A stretch of DNA of 64,000 nucleotides. Origin: Ignavibacteria bacterium. GTDB taxonomy: Bacteria; Bacteroidota; Ignavibacteria; UBA10030; UBA6906. This document shows positions 9,583 through 23,132 of the stretch, piece after piece (the stretch's first letter is position 1; the number at the start of each line of letters is the position of its first letter). The notes under the pieces are model-generated. The model saw only the letters and a program-made list of their open reading frames with translations. It did not search any database and was not told the origin of the DNA. The position numbers and the translations under genes are program-made. The stretch is from contig PSMW01000007.1 of NCBI GenBank assembly GCA_040290295.1, forward strand, positions 11,283 to 75,282, given 5' to 3'.

Positions 9583-11028
9583 ATGACAACGTTCAAGCAT
9601 ACACCGGTGATGGTGCTTGCGCTGCTGCTGGTCGTTTCGGGCGCCCTCGTGAGTTGTAAGAAGGACGAAGCAGCACCCACGCCGCCGGAGACACCCTGGA
9701 GCAAGGGTTCGCTGGACAACGCACGCTATGTGGCGATCGGGAACAGTCTGACGGCGGGCTTCCAGTCCAACGCGCTTTCATCTCGCGACCAAGCCTACAG
9801 CTTTCCTAAGTTGATTGCGGGTGCTATTCGGACGACCGATTTCCAACAGCCGCTCATGAAGGAACCCGGCGTCGGTGCGAGAAAGAAGCTCGTCTCGCTG
9901 ACAGGACCTGTCATCATCGACGAAACCGGCGCCAATCCCCTCGATCTTGCTACCAATCTGAATATTAGGCTTGAACGACCGTACAACAATCTCGGCATTC
10001 CGGGCGCCGTGTTGTTCGACATGCTCGATCGACCGACGAGCTTCCAACTCAAGAGCGCACAGCGTGGTAATCCGTTCTTTGCCCTCATTCAGCGCGACAC
10101 AGCGTTGGGAAGGAGTGTCGTTGCACAGGCGCGGAACGTGCGACCAACGTTTATGACCTGCTGGATCGGGAACAACGACGTGTTGGGCTACGCAACCAGC
10201 GGTGGTAGCGGGAGTCCCACACCCGCTGCGCAGTTCGACGCCCTGTACGGGCAACTGATGGATAGCCTGAGAGCCATCACCCCGAACGTGATCGTCGCGA
10301 ACATCCCCGACGTGACCGCGATTCCCTTCTTCACCACGATCGGACCTTCCGTGCGAGCGGCACTCCCGGCAGGGATTTATCTCCGGTATCAAAAGGGATC
10401 GAACACCGGACCGTCGTTCGATTCGACGCGGTTCACTGAAACGACGCCGCCGTTGTTGCTTCTTACCGGCAGCACGTATGCGTCGCTTCTCGGACGCGGA
10501 GGTGGGCAGGGTGGTGGCAAGTATTATCGCGACAATAACATTACGCCTCCTCCCGGTATCGACACGACAAAGCCGTTCGGCTTCCATCCGCAGAATCCAT
10601 GGCCCGGTCGCTTGACGCTCGATGCCGACGAACAAGCTACTGCGGCTGCCGCGATTGCAGCGTTCAACAACAGCATTCGTACACATGCGACGCGTAACGG
10701 CTTCGTCGTTCTGGATATCAACAGCATCTTCAACAAGATTCGGCAAGAGGGATTGTTCGTGCCGGGCGTTGGAACCTTCTCGCCGGCGTTCATCACCGGC
10801 GGCTTGTTCAGCTACGACGGCGTGCATCCCTCATCGCGTGGTCACGCGATCGTTGCCAACGAGTTCATCAAACTCATCAATCAAAAGTACAACGCAACCA
10901 TCACCCCGATCGATGTCCGGTCGGTGCCGCCGTTGCAAGGCTTGGGCTTCGAGAAGGTGACGATGACGCTCTCCGAGCAAATGGATGTCGGTTCGTTCGA
11001 CTTCTTGCTGAGTCTCCTCCGTCGTTGA
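9583..11028 (+). CDS. SGNH/GDSL-family hydrolase lipoprotein
   Basis: Lipoprotein signal (…LVSC), a block I GNSLTAG motif and a C-terminal DGVHPS (DxxH) catalytic motif. Confidence 0.6.
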   Translation: MTTFKHTPVMVLALLLVVSGALVSCKKDEAAPTPPETPWSKGSLDNARYVAIGNSLTAGFQSNALSSRDQAYSFPKLIAGAIRTTDFQQPLMKEPGVGARKKLVSLTGPVIIDETGANPLDLATNLNIRLERPYNNLGIPGAVLFDMLDRPTSFQLKSAQRGNPFFALIQRDTALGRSVVAQARNVRPTFMTCWIGNNDVLGYATSGGSGSPTPAAQFDALYGQLMDSLRAITPNVIVANIPDVTAIPFFTTIGPSVRAALPAGIYLRYQKGSNTGPSFDSTRFTETTPPLLLLTGSTYASLLGRGGGQGGGKYYRDNNITPPPGIDTTKPFGFHPQNPWPGRLTLDADEQATAAAAIAAFNNSIRTHATRNGFVVLDINSIFNKIRQEGLFVPGVGTFSPAFITGGLFSYDGVHPSSRGHAIVANEFIKLINQKYNATITPIDVRSVPPLQGLGFEKVTMTLSEQMDVGSFDFLLSLLRR

Positions 11029-11049
11029 TCCGCACCGCAACAGGATGCG

Positions 11050-11085
11050 CAAGGGCATGCCGAACGGCGTGCCCTTGTTTGTTGT
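11050..11085 (+). terminator. Intrinsic terminator after the GDSL lipoprotein gene
   Basis: 12-bp stem CAAGGGCATGCC / GGCGTGCCCTTG followed by TTTGTTGT. Confidence 0.5.
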
Positions 11086-11400
11086 CGGGACGACACCTCA
11101 ATCTCCAGCTTCTCTTTGCGACGAAGCATCGTGCATCCTGCCACAATGATTGCAGCCGCTTGCTCTCGTACCGAACGTTTTAGATGTGTTCAACGGATTG
11201 AAGAACAGCATCGTCACTGTCTCATCGTTGGTTTGTGTCTCCTGCTTGATATATTTCCGCTTCATCCTTACCTTGTGCACGGTTGTTTCACTCTTCCGTT
11301 CTTGTCATGTCTTCGATGTGTAGTGTTTGCTGCGAGTGCGGCGAGCCATCTGTTCACATCCTTGAGCCTCCAGAGTTCACGTAAATAGGAATGATGATCA

Positions 11401-12057
11401 ATGGGTAAAACCGCGAAGTTTCTTCAATCATCGGTCGGCAGGAAAGTGGTGATGTCGCTGTCGGGGTTGTTCCTGTGTAGCTTTCTTGTTCTTCATCTCA
11501 CGGTCAATCTGTTCGCACTGCAGGTCAAAAGCGACGGCGGTGCGGAGTTCGATACCTATGCGCACTTCATGGCGACCTATCCCCTCATTCGGCCCTTGGA
11601 GTGGTTGCTGTTTGCGGGCTTCTTAGTGCATGCCGTGTTGGGGTTGTACCTTGAAGTGTTGAACCGCCGCAGGCGTCCCATCGGCTACGAGGTCAATCGT
11701 GCACACGAGAACAGCACGTGGACGTCGCGATTCGTGTGGTTGACCGGCATTCTGGTCGGCGTTTTCCTCGTCGTGCATGTGAATACCTTCTTTGTCCAGT
11801 CGCGCTTCTTCGATCATCGCCCCATGATCGAGCTGATCAAGGAAGCGTTCGCCCGGCCGGGCTATGTGGCGTTCTATATGGTCTCATTGTTCTTCCTTGC
11901 GCTTCACTTGAAGCACGGGTTTCAGTCGGCGTTTCAAACGCTTGGACTTCGCGTGGGTAAGTTTCAAAAGCTTATTCACGCCGTGGGGGTTCTGTTCTGG
12001 CTTGTCATCCCGATCGGTTTTGCCATCATCCCCCTTTACTTTCTCTTTGCTTTCTAA
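11401..12057 (+). CDS. sdhC: Succinate dehydrogenase/fumarate reductase cytochrome b subunit (b558 type)
   Basis: 218-aa polytopic membrane protein with the conserved His positions expected of a b558-type anchor. Lies immediately upstream of sdhA/sdhB. Confidence 0.7.
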   Translation: MGKTAKFLQSSVGRKVVMSLSGLFLCSFLVLHLTVNLFALQVKSDGGAEFDTYAHFMATYPLIRPLEWLLFAGFLVHAVLGLYLEVLNRRRRPIGYEVNRAHENSTWTSRFVWLTGILVGVFLVVHVNTFFVQSRFFDHRPMIELIKEAFARPGYVAFYMVSLFFLALHLKHGFQSAFQTLGLRVGKFQKLIHAVGVLFWLVIPIGFAIIPLYFLFAF

Positions 12058-12069
12058 ACGGAACGATCT

Positions 12070-13983
12070 ATGGCACTGAACGCAAGAATTCCCGACGGTC
12101 CCATTCAGCAGAAGTGGGACAATCATCGATTCACCATGAAGCTGGTGAACCCCGCCAACAAGCGGAAGTACCACATCATCGTAGTGGGAACGGGGCTTGC
12201 CGGTTCGTCGGCGGCAGCATCGCTTGCCGAATTGGGCTACAACGTGACGGCGTTGTGTTATCACGAATCACCGCGCCGTGCACACAGCATTGCAGCGCAA
12301 GGCGGCATCAACGCTCCGAAAAATTATCCGAACGACGGCGACAGTATTTGGCGGCTGTTTTACGACACGGTGAAAGGGGGCGACTACCGCGCCCGTGAGG
12401 CAAACGTGTACCGTCTTGCCCAAGTGAGCAACAATATCATCGATCAATGTGTTGCGCAAGGTGTGCCGTTTGCGCGCGAGTACGGCGGCTTACTCGATAA
12501 TCGGTCCTTCGGCGGGGCACAAGTCTCACGTACGTTCTACGCACGCGGGCAAACCGGGCAGCAACTGTTGCTCGGTGCATACTCGGCACTGTGCCGCCAA
12601 ATCGGATTGGGGAACGTTAGGTTCTTCGATCGGCGTGAGATGCTCGATCTGGTGGTGATCGACGGAAAGGCACGCGGCATCATTGCCCGCAACATGGTCA
12701 ACGGGAAGTTCGAAGCGTACGTCGGCGATGCAGTGATTCTCGCTACCGGCGGATACGGCAACGTGTTCTTCCTCTCTACGAACGCGAAGATGAGCAACGC
12801 GACTGCCACTTGGCGTGCGCACAAGCGTGGAGCGTTCTTTGGCAATCCCTGCTTCACGCAAATTCATCCGACGTGCATTCCCGTCTCCAGCGACCATCAG
12901 TCCAAGTTGACCCTCATGAGCGAGAGCCTTCGCAACAGCGGGCGCATCTGGGTGCCGAAGAAGCCGGGCGATCGGCGCCATCCGAACGACATCCCGGAAC
13001 ACGAGCGCGATTATTACCTCGAGCGCCTCTATCCTTCCTTCGGCAACCTCGTACCGCGTGATGTCGCTTCGCGGCGCGCGAAGGAAATGTGCGATACAGG
13101 ACATGGTGTTGGACCCACAGGCTTGGCTGTGTACCTGGATTTTTCCGATACGATCAAACGACTGGGCAAGCAGTGGGTGGTAGAGAAGTACGGCAACCTG
13201 TTCGATATGTATCAACAGATCACCGGTGAGAACGCATACGAGCAGCCGATGCGGATTTATCCCGCCGTGCATTACACGATGGGAGGCTTGTGGGTCGATT
13301 ACAATCTGATGAGCACGATCCCCGGATTGTTCGTTCTCGGGGAAGCGAACTTTTCCGATCACGGTGCGAACCGGCTCGGCGCCAGCGCCCTTATGCAGGG
13401 CCTCGCCGACGGCTACTTCATCATTCCCTACACCATCGGCGATTATCTCGCGTCGAACACGTTCCCGAAAGTGGACGAGACACATGCGGCGTTTCGCGAC
13501 GCCGAACGCGAACTGACAGCGATGACCGAAAAGCTCATCAGCATCAAAGGCAAACGCCCGGTGGATGAGATTCACAAGCACCTCGGCAAGATCATGTGGG
13601 ACAAGTGCGGCATGGCGCGCAACGCTGGGGGCTTGAAGGAGGCGTTGAAGGAGATACCGAAGCTCCACGAAGAGTTTTGGCATAATGTCATGATCCCCGG
13701 CAGCGCCGATGCATTCAATCAAGAGTTAGAGAAGGCACACCGCGTTGCCGACTTCCTCGAACTTGCAGAGTTGATGTGCTACGACGCGCTCCATCGCGAA
13801 GAATCGTGCGGTGGTCACTTCCGCGAAGAATATCAAACGGACGAGGGCGAAGCCAAGCGGAACGACGCGAAATTCTCCTACGTTGCTGCATGGGAATTCA
13901 AAGGCGTCGGCACGCCGGAAAAGCTGCACAAAGAACCGCTTGTGTTCGAGTACGTCAAACCGACGCAGCGCAGTTACAAGTGA
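12070..13983 (+). CDS. sdhA: Succinate dehydrogenase/fumarate reductase flavoprotein subunit
   Basis: N-terminal FAD-binding motif [12 protein letters not shown], the HSIAAQGG covalent-FAD histidine region and a C-terminal capping domain. Confidence 0.9.
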   Translation: MALNARIPDGPIQQKWDNHRFTMKLVNPANKRKYHIIVVGTGLAGSSAAASLAELGYNVTALCYHESPRRAHSIAAQGGINAPKNYPNDGDSIWRLFYDTVKGGDYRAREANVYRLAQVSNNIIDQCVAQGVPFAREYGGLLDNRSFGGAQVSRTFYARGQTGQQLLLGAYSALCRQIGLGNVRFFDRREMLDLVVIDGKARGIIARNMVNGKFEAYVGDAVILATGGYGNVFFLSTNAKMSNATATWRAHKRGAFFGNPCFTQIHPTCIPVSSDHQSKLTLMSESLRNSGRIWVPKKPGDRRHPNDIPEHERDYYLERLYPSFGNLVPRDVASRRAKEMCDTGHGVGPTGLAVYLDFSDTIKRLGKQWVVEKYGNLFDMYQQITGENAYEQPMRIYPAVHYTMGGLWVDYNLMSTIPGLFVLGEANFSDHGANRLGASALMQGLADGYFIIPYTIGDYLASNTFPKVDETHAAFRDAERELTAMTEKLISIKGKRPVDEIHKHLGKIMWDKCGMARNAGGLKEALKEIPKLHEEFWHNVMIPGSADAFNQELEKAHRVADFLELAELMCYDALHREESCGGHFREEYQTDEGEAKRNDAKFSYVAAWEFKGVGTPEKLHKEPLVFEYVKPTQRSYK

Positions 13984-14025
13984 CGCTGCACGACCGATAC
14001 TTTTTGAACGAAGGAGTTGCAACTC

Positions 14026-14814
14026 ATGGCTGATACCTCGATGACCATTACGCTGAAGGTGTGGCGACAAAAAGATCGTACCTCGCCCGGACAGTTCGTA
14101 ACGTACACCATGCCGAACATCTCACCCGACATGTCCTTCTTGGAGATGTTGGACTTGCTGAACTTGGAGTTGGTGAGAAAAGGCGAAGATGCGATCGCAT
14201 TTGATCATGACTGCCGTGAAGGCATCTGCGGCTCGTGCAGTCTGTACATCAACGGGCGGGCACACGGGCCGCTGCGCGGCGTAACGGCATGCCAACTGCA
14301 CATGCGATCGTTCAAAGACGGCGATACGATTGTCGTCGAGCCGTGGCGTGCCAAGCCCTTTCCTGTGATCAAGGACCTCGTTGTCGATCGTTCCGCTTTC
14401 GATCGCATCATGACAGCAGGCGGATTCATCTCGGTGCGCACCGGTGGTGCGCCGGATGCGAACACCATACCGATACCCAAGCCTGTTGCCGACGAGGCAT
14501 TCGATGCCGCGGCATGCATCGGATGCGGCGCGTGTGTGGCGGCGTGCAAGAACAGCTCGGCAATGTTGTTCGTTGCTGCGAAAGTCTCCCATCTCGCCCT
14601 CCTTCCGCAAGGATATCCGGAGCGCAAGGCGCGCGTCGAAGCGATGGTGGCGCAAATGGATGAAGAAGGATTCGGCAGTTGCACCAACACGTATGCCTGC
14701 GAAGCAGAGTGCCCGAAGCAAATCTCCGTCTCGCACATTGCCCGCCTCAATCGCGAATATCTTCGCGCTAAAATGATCGAAGAAAAGAGCGGTCCTGTCG
14801 ACTGCGCCGGATGA
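14026..14814 (+). CDS. sdhB: Succinate dehydrogenase/fumarate reductase iron-sulfur subunit
   Basis: 2Fe-2S motif CREGICGSC plus 4Fe-4S/3Fe-4S cysteine clusters ([23 protein letters not shown]). An AAGGAG RBS lies 9 nt upstream of ATG 14026. Confidence 0.85.
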   Translation: MADTSMTITLKVWRQKDRTSPGQFVTYTMPNISPDMSFLEMLDLLNLELVRKGEDAIAFDHDCREGICGSCSLYINGRAHGPLRGVTACQLHMRSFKDGDTIVVEPWRAKPFPVIKDLVVDRSAFDRIMTAGGFISVRTGGAPDANTIPIPKPVADEAFDAAACIGCGACVAACKNSSAMLFVAAKVSHLALLPQGYPERKARVEAMVAQMDEEGFGSCTNTYACEAECPKQISVSHIARLNREYLRAKMIEEKSGPVDCAG

Positions 14815-16269
14815 GTGCGTTGTGCAACAACGACGCCCTCTTCGCATCGCACCGGGCGCTCGCTCTGACTCTTGCGGCAGTCGTTCTCACGCGGCTGCCG
14901 TTTGTCTTTTCAGGTTACGGTGCCGATCCCGACGCGTGGCTCGTTGCCACTGCCGCGTCGGCGTTGTGGCACAGCGGCCGGTACATCGAGTCTCGCCTCC
15001 CCGGCTATCCGTTGCACGAAATTGTTTCCGCACCCGCTGTCGGCATGGGCGGCGTGGCATTAGCGAACATCGCGACGCTTGCTGCATCGTTGCTTGCCAT
15101 AACCGCGTGGTACAACCTTGTTCGTCGCTGGGCGCATCATCCTAACTTGCTGTTGGTTGCCTTCGCCTTCGCGCCAGCCTTTTGGCAACACTCTGCCGAA
15201 ACACTCGACTATGTTTGGTCGCTCACGTTCATACTGTTTGCCTTGAACAGCGCGCTGGCACGACGGTACGCGTGGTGTGGTGTGTTTGCCGGAGTCGCTG
15301 CGGGCTTTCGTCCGTCCAATCTCGTTATGATCATGCCGCTGGTGGCTGTCCTTGCCGCAAGGAATGGCGGACGTCGCACGATGATGTTGCTCGTGATCTC
15401 GACTGTGATCACCGCTCTCCTTGTTATGATGCCGCCCTTCGTTCGGCACGGAGGCGTGATCGAGTGGTTTGTGCATACCCGTGCGGAGATGAGCGATCTG
15501 GTCTTCACAATCACCGAGCGCGTCGAAGCGTTCCTTTATCGCTCGGTGTACTTCTTTGGGCCGTTGGCGTCGCTGCTGCTTCTCGGAGGAGTAAGTGCGA
15601 GAACGAGAACGTTTTCGCGCAGCTCTTCGCGGGAGAGAACCGCTGATGGTTGGAGTATTCGTCACCATTGCCACGTTCCTTCTTTTGTTCTCTTGGCTTC
15701 CCCTGGACCGTGCGTACCTTCTTCCGATATTACCGTTGACGTTGTTGCTCGCGGACAAACTCTTCTCTCGACGGATGCTTTGTGTTTGGATAGCAGCGCT
15801 TGTTCTTCAGAGTGTCGTCAACGTCGATGTGGTGCGTCGTGAAGAGGGGAAGAAGTCGTTGGGATTCAATGTCCACGCAGGAATGGTTATCGAGGAGGTG
15901 CGCAATCGAATGACGCTCTTGGAAGAACGTGAAAGGATCTCGCGTGGTCGCTATTCGTCACGCAGTGTCGTCATGACGGGAAGCGGCTCTGCGTTGTGGT
16001 TCGACAATCGGGATGTCGATGTTCTTCCTCGTGAGGCATTGTCGTCGTTGGAAGCGATGCGGGCAAGCGCGTGGCACCGTGCTGCCGCGCAGCACAGCGA
16101 CAGCTCGGTCATCTTTCTGCCCTATCTCACTCTGGATGAAGCGCGCCGCTTTCAGGACTACGGGTACACGATATTCTGCACGGATCGAGCCTTGCCGTAT
16201 GTCCAGCGCCTCGTTGGATACGACCTCCAAGCCAACGGCGTACAGGTGGTACGCGGAGCGAGCCGGTAA
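14811..16269 (+). CDS. Polytopic integral membrane protein (possibly GT-C-like) with a C-terminal soluble domain; apparent +1 frameshift near 15595-15645
   Basis: ORF 14811..15842 is strongly hydrophobic and multi-TM up to about 15600, then becomes Ser/Cys/Arg-rich and looks out of frame. The +1 frame from about 15646 ([20 protein letters not shown]…) continues as TM helices plus a 150-aa soluble domain to 16269. The start overlaps the sdhB stop (ATGA). Confidence 0.4.
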
Positions 16270-16365
16270 AAGATTCTCGATCGGGCGGGTTTCTCTCATG
16301 CCGAAAGTTTCGTATCTTGCTCCAGCCAACGAAGTCGGACCAATCACTACGCAAGAGCGCGCACC

Positions 16366-18938
<2,573 letters not shown>

Positions 18939-18941
18939 AGG

Positions 18942-19955
18942 ATGACGATTGTCCGCCGGGCGCCGCTGACGCTCCGTTCCACACTGACGCTGCTGGCTCT
19001 GTTGTTGCTTGTCCTCGGTGCGGCAATCGTGCTCGGCCTGTCCGTAGGGAGTGTTGACGTTCGTGTTGCCGACGTTGCGGCTGCGTTGTTCACTCCCTCA
19101 CACACGGACGATGCTTCACGCACGATTGTCCTTGCTCTCCGATTGCCGCGCGTCTTGCTTGCTGCAGTGGTGGGCGCCGGCCTTTCGATCGCCGGCGTCG
19201 TGTTTCAAGCATTGCTACGCAACCCGCTTGCAGAACCGTACATTCTCGGCATCTCCAGCGGAGGAACGGTCGGTGCGATCATCGCGATCAGTGTCGGCGC
19301 TGGGTTCAGTGTGTGGGGGACGCCGCTGGCATCGTTTGCCGGCTCGTTGCTCGTGACGGTTCTCGTCTATACTTTGGCTCACCGACGAGGCCAACTCGAC
19401 ACCAACACGTTGCTGCTGGCGGGTGTGATGGTCGGTGCGTTCTTCAATGCCGTCGTGTTGTTGATCGTTGCGCTGTTCCATCAAGAGCTGCGCAATGCCT
19501 TCTTGTGGTTGATGGGCAGCTTCGGTAGTGCAACGATGACCGCGCTGCTCGTTGTCGCGCCGCTTGTGGTTCTGGCGAGCGGTGTCTTGATTATCCAAGC
19601 AAAGAAGTACAATCTGATTGCGACGGGTGAGGAAACTGCTGTGCAACTCGGTGTGGATGTTCGTCGGCTCAAGCGCCTTACATACGCGTTGGGATCGCTT
19701 ATCACGGGATTGGTCGTTTCCGTGAGCGGCGTGATTGGCTTTGTCGGATTGATCATTCCCCACATGTGCCGCATGCTTTTCGGACCTGACCACCGAGCGT
19801 TGCTCCCTGCCGCCCTGGTGAGCGGCGCTGCATTCATGATCGTTGCCGACGTGCTTGCGCGAACGGTACTGGCGCCGATGGAAATTCCCGTCGGGGCGGT
19901 GACAGCAACCATCGGCGCGCCCCTGTTCGTGTATTTGTTGAAACGGACGGAGTGA
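18942..19955 (+). CDS. FecCD-family ABC transporter permease (iron-siderophore/B12 type)
   Basis: 337-aa polytopic protein of the BtuC/FecD type. Starts 4 nt after the obg stop. No cognate ATPase or binding protein is adjacent. Confidence 0.75.
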   Translation: MTIVRRAPLTLRSTLTLLALLLLVLGAAIVLGLSVGSVDVRVADVAAALFTPSHTDDASRTIVLALRLPRVLLAAVVGAGLSIAGVVFQALLRNPLAEPYILGISSGGTVGAIIAISVGAGFSVWGTPLASFAGSLLVTVLVYTLAHRRGQLDTNTLLLAGVMVGAFFNAVVLLIVALFHQELRNAFLWLMGSFGSATMTALLVVAPLVVLASGVLIIQAKKYNLIATGEETAVQLGVDVRRLKRLTYALGSLITGLVVSVSGVIGFVGLIIPHMCRMLFGPDHRALLPAALVSGAAFMIVADVLARTVLAPMEIPVGAVTATIGAPLFVYLLKRTE

Positions 19956-20117
19956 GACTCCTCTTGGGACCGATGACCGACGGAGTCTCATCGCTTCCCG
20001 ATCGTCGCGCCCTTTGCATCTCTCTTCTCTGTTCAGTATTTTGAACCAGCACCGCTCCCCTGCAGTTCTTACCTAAACAACAATCACCCGGTATCATCAT
20101 TGACACAAGGGACGTCT

Positions 20118-21140
20118 ATGGATCCGAATCGCAAGCCATCGCCAAAGTTCATGACACTGGAACGTCACATCATGGAGGAGGAGCGCAAACATCCTCAAGC
20201 GACGGGAGAATTTTCCAGCCTGCTGCATGCACTCTCGCTCGCCGTGAAGCTTGTCTGGCGTGAAGTAACGAAAGCCGGACTCGTGAACATTCTCGGCAAA
20301 ACCGACCGCATGAACATCAGCGGCGACGAGGTGAAGAAGTTGGACGAGTTCGCCGACGAGACCATCTACAAAGCGATGGATCACGGTGGGCATCTTTGTG
20401 TGATGGCGTCGGAGGAGAACGAAAACCTCCTCACCATTCCCGACCACTATCCTCGCGGCAAGTATGTTCTGCTCTACGATCCGCTCGACGGTTCGGGCAA
20501 CATCGATGCAAATATCACGGTGGGAACGATCTTTTCAGTGCTCATGCGCGTCACGCCGAGCGGCGAAGAGTCGCTCGAGGACGTGTTGCAACCGGGACAC
20601 CGGCAAGTGGCAGCGGGCTACGCTTTGTATAGTTCGAGCATGATGTTCGTATACTCCACGGGCCATGGCGTTCACGGATTTACCCTCGATCCGTCGGTCG
20701 GTGAGTTCCTCTTGTCGCATGAGAACATCCGCATTCCGAAGCGCGGCGCCATCTATGCGGTCAACGAAGGGAACTACAACCGGTGGGAGCCGAACATGCG
20801 GCGCTACATCGATTGGCTGAAGACAGAAGACAAAGCTGACGGCCGTCCGTATTCCTTACGTTACATCGGCTCACTTGTTGCCGACGTGCATCGCACATTG
20901 ATGTATGGCGGCATCTACTGTTATCCTGCCGACACTAAAAACCCGAACGGTAAACTTCGCTTGCTCTACGAAAACAATCCGCTCGCCTATATCGTCGAGC
21001 AGGCGGGCGGCGCGGCTTCCGACGGCAAGCAGCGTATCATGGACATCCAGCCGACCAAACTTCACCAGAAAACGCCCCTCTTCATCGGCAGCGAGGAGGA
21101 CGTACGAATTGCTGGGGAGTTCGTGCAGGGCAAACGGTAG
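20118..21140 (+). CDS. fbp: Fructose-1,6-bisphosphatase class I
   Basis: Conserved FBPase I blocks (…LLYDPLDGSGNID … GYALYSSS … YIGSLVADVHRTLMYGGIY). Confidence 0.85.
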   Translation: MDPNRKPSPKFMTLERHIMEEERKHPQATGEFSSLLHALSLAVKLVWREVTKAGLVNILGKTDRMNISGDEVKKLDEFADETIYKAMDHGGHLCVMASEENENLLTIPDHYPRGKYVLLYDPLDGSGNIDANITVGTIFSVLMRVTPSGEESLEDVLQPGHRQVAAGYALYSSSMMFVYSTGHGVHGFTLDPSVGEFLLSHENIRIPKRGAIYAVNEGNYNRWEPNMRRYIDWLKTEDKADGRPYSLRYIGSLVADVHRTLMYGGIYCYPADTKNPNGKLRLLYENNPLAYIVEQAGGAASDGKQRIMDIQPTKLHQKTPLFIGSEEDVRIAGEFVQGKR

Positions 21141-21156
21141 GAGAAGCCCAAAACGA

Positions 21157-21192
21157 AAACCCCGATCGGCACTCGATCGGGGTTTCGCTTTT
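21157..21192. terminator. Bidirectional intrinsic terminator between fbp (+) and the YbgF-like gene (-)
   Basis: Perfect 12-bp stem AAACCCCGATCG / CGATCGGGGTTT flanked by A-rich sequence on the left and CGCTTTTT on the right. Confidence 0.6.
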
Positions 21193-21208
21193 TGCTGTGT
21201 GTAGGGAG

Positions 21209-21907
21209 TTACAAAGCGCTCATCTTCGCTTGCGCACGTTTGCGCAGCGGGCTGTCGGGATAATCTGAGAGCAGTCGTTGGAACGCTTGCCGCGCTTCGT
21301 TCTTCCTCCCTAATTGCAGGTAGCAGTTGCCGATCATGAACTGCGCATCGTCCGCCTTGTCCGATCCGGTCATCCCCAACACCACTTCGAAGCGTTGAAT
21401 CGCATCGTTGAACTTTTTCTGTGCAAAATATGCTTCACCAATCCAGTAGTGACAATTGTCTGCCAAGTCGTTGTTGATGCCGGCGTTAAGCAATGCAGTG
21501 AAGTCCTCGATTGCGGCGCGGTACTCACGGCGGCGGAACTTCGCCAACGCAACCTCGTACGATGCAGATGATGGCGTGAGGCTGGAAACTTCTCCCTTCG
21601 GCATGCTCGTCGATCGTGGCTGTGCCATACTTTCGTTCAGACGGTTTTGCAGTTCGGCGTTGCGCGCGATGAGATTGCGGTTTTCGGCGCTGACGGCTTC
21701 GAGTTGTTGCTGGAGCTTCCGGTTTTCGTTCGTCACGCTATCGATCCGATACTCCAAACGTGCCGTGACCGAGACCGGGGGCTTTGACGTCCAGTCTTCT
21801 TCTTCCGCGCTTTCCTGTACCGTGCCGCATCCGACGACCAAGCCGATCATGAGCATCGTCAGACCGGCAAGAAATGTGGATGTGGCACGTGTGTGTGTGG
21901 CGTTCAT
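21209..21907 (-). CDS. TPR-repeat periplasmic protein, YbgF/CpoB-like (signal peptide, coiled coil, C-terminal TPRs)
   Basis: N-terminal hydrophobic signal, a coiled-coil region (NRKLQQQLEAVSAENRNLIARNAELQNRL), then TPR repeats, as in Tol-Pal YbgF. Confidence 0.55.
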   Translation of the reverse strand: MNATHTRATSTFLAGLTMLMIGLVVGCGTVQESAEEEDWTSKPPVSVTARLEYRIDSVTNENRKLQQQLEAVSAENRNLIARNAELQNRLNESMAQPRSTSMPKGEVSSLTPSSASYEVALAKFRRREYRAAIEDFTALLNAGINNDLADNCHYWIGEAYFAQKKFNDAIQRFEVVLGMTGSDKADDAQFMIGNCYLQLGRKNEARQAFQRLLSDYPDSPLRKRAQAKMSAL

Positions 21908-22015
21908 CTGGAGATCTCCTCTGCTGTATGTTGGGGTGATGAATTTGCGGCCAGGGCAGCCGAAGCACTGTCAAATGTATCAATACGCTTCAGGAAAGTC
22001 AAGCAAAGTCTCTCT

Positions 22016-22939
22016 TCACGTCTGCTTCTCCTCAGAGGAAAAGGAGGCTTTCAAGTGATGTGCAGTTTTTGTGCAGATTTCCTCGACGACGCTGTCCGGA
22101 ACGCCGTCGGTGTGCTTCGACTGCAAGCGCATGTCGCAAATCTCGTTCACATAATCCACCACCACAATCCTTTGTGAGTTGGTGACAGCAATTTCGGTCG
22201 AGAAGAATTCGAGCTTGCTGACTTCAGCGATCTTCTGCGTTGTGCTCAGAAGCGGCTGCAGGTGAAAGCGCTCAAGTTTGTTGCCTGTGAGATGCTGGTA
22301 CACGTGCGTCTCGTCGTCCCACCAGCACGGAATGCTGGTGCCGAAGATGTGAAACACCCTGAACCACGCTTTTCGTCCATCCAGCAAGGTGGGTACAATC
22401 CGTTCTTGCAACAGATACTTGTCGTTCTTGTGATGCTGTCGTGTTTCGATCACGTCCTTCAGTGATGCGGCATTGAGCACGACACCGATGCCGCCACCAG
22501 TGGTGTTGGCGGGTTTGATGATGAAGGGCCAGCCTAAGCGTGCTATATCGCTCAGGCGCAGTTCGATCTCCTTTTTCTTGTTGTAGGGGGAGATGATAAT
22601 GGTGAACGGCACATCGATTCCTTTGGTGAGAAACTCCAAGTGCATCGTTGCCTTGTCGGCTGCATGCTGGACGTGGTCAGGGCGGTTGATAAAGAACGTG
22701 GAAGACTTCGCGATGAGATGCGCCAGCGGCGGAAACTTTTCGTCTCCGTCGCCGGCTCGGTCGAGGAAGGAGCCGAAGCGGAGTTCGCCGCGACGCAGGC
22801 GTGCGATTGTTTCAACGACGTTATGATGGGTGATCGAGTACGACGTGAGCTGTTCCCGTTGTACAGCGCGTTCGAGCAGTAGTACGAAGTCACGATCATA
22901 TTCCCAATCCCACGCCACAGCAAAGTGATAGAAACTCAT
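22016..22939 (-). CDS. ATP-grasp domain protein (RimK/alpha-L-glutamate ligase-like)
   Basis: ATP-grasp hallmarks (…FIIKPANTTGGGIGV …, with Mg/ATP-binding acidic residues downstream). Confidence 0.5.
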   Translation of the reverse strand: MSFYHFAVAWDWEYDRDFVLLLERAVQREQLTSYSITHHNVVETIARLRRGELRFGSFLDRAGDGDEKFPPLAHLIAKSSTFFINRPDHVQHAADKATMHLEFLTKGIDVPFTIIISPYNKKKEIELRLSDIARLGWPFIIKPANTTGGGIGVVLNAASLKDVIETRQHHKNDKYLLQERIVPTLLDGRKAWFRVFHIFGTSIPCWWDDETHVYQHLTGNKLERFHLQPLLSTTQKIAEVSKLEFFSTEIAVTNSQRIVVVDYVNEICDMRLQSKHTDGVPDSVVEEICTKTAHHLKASFSSEEKQT

Positions 22940-23132
22940 CGACGAGGAGCACGTGTATGCTGATGAGAAGATACGAAAAATTCTTCATCATGTCGTTGGT
23001 GGATGCTTAAGGAACTGTCGATGTGGAGATCCTGCTGCGGGAGATTCATTGATTTTCCTTTGCAACATGAGTATATTCTTATCCGCTATGATCGGAGAAA
23101 CGAGTGCATTGTCTATGAGTATCGGAGGGTAA

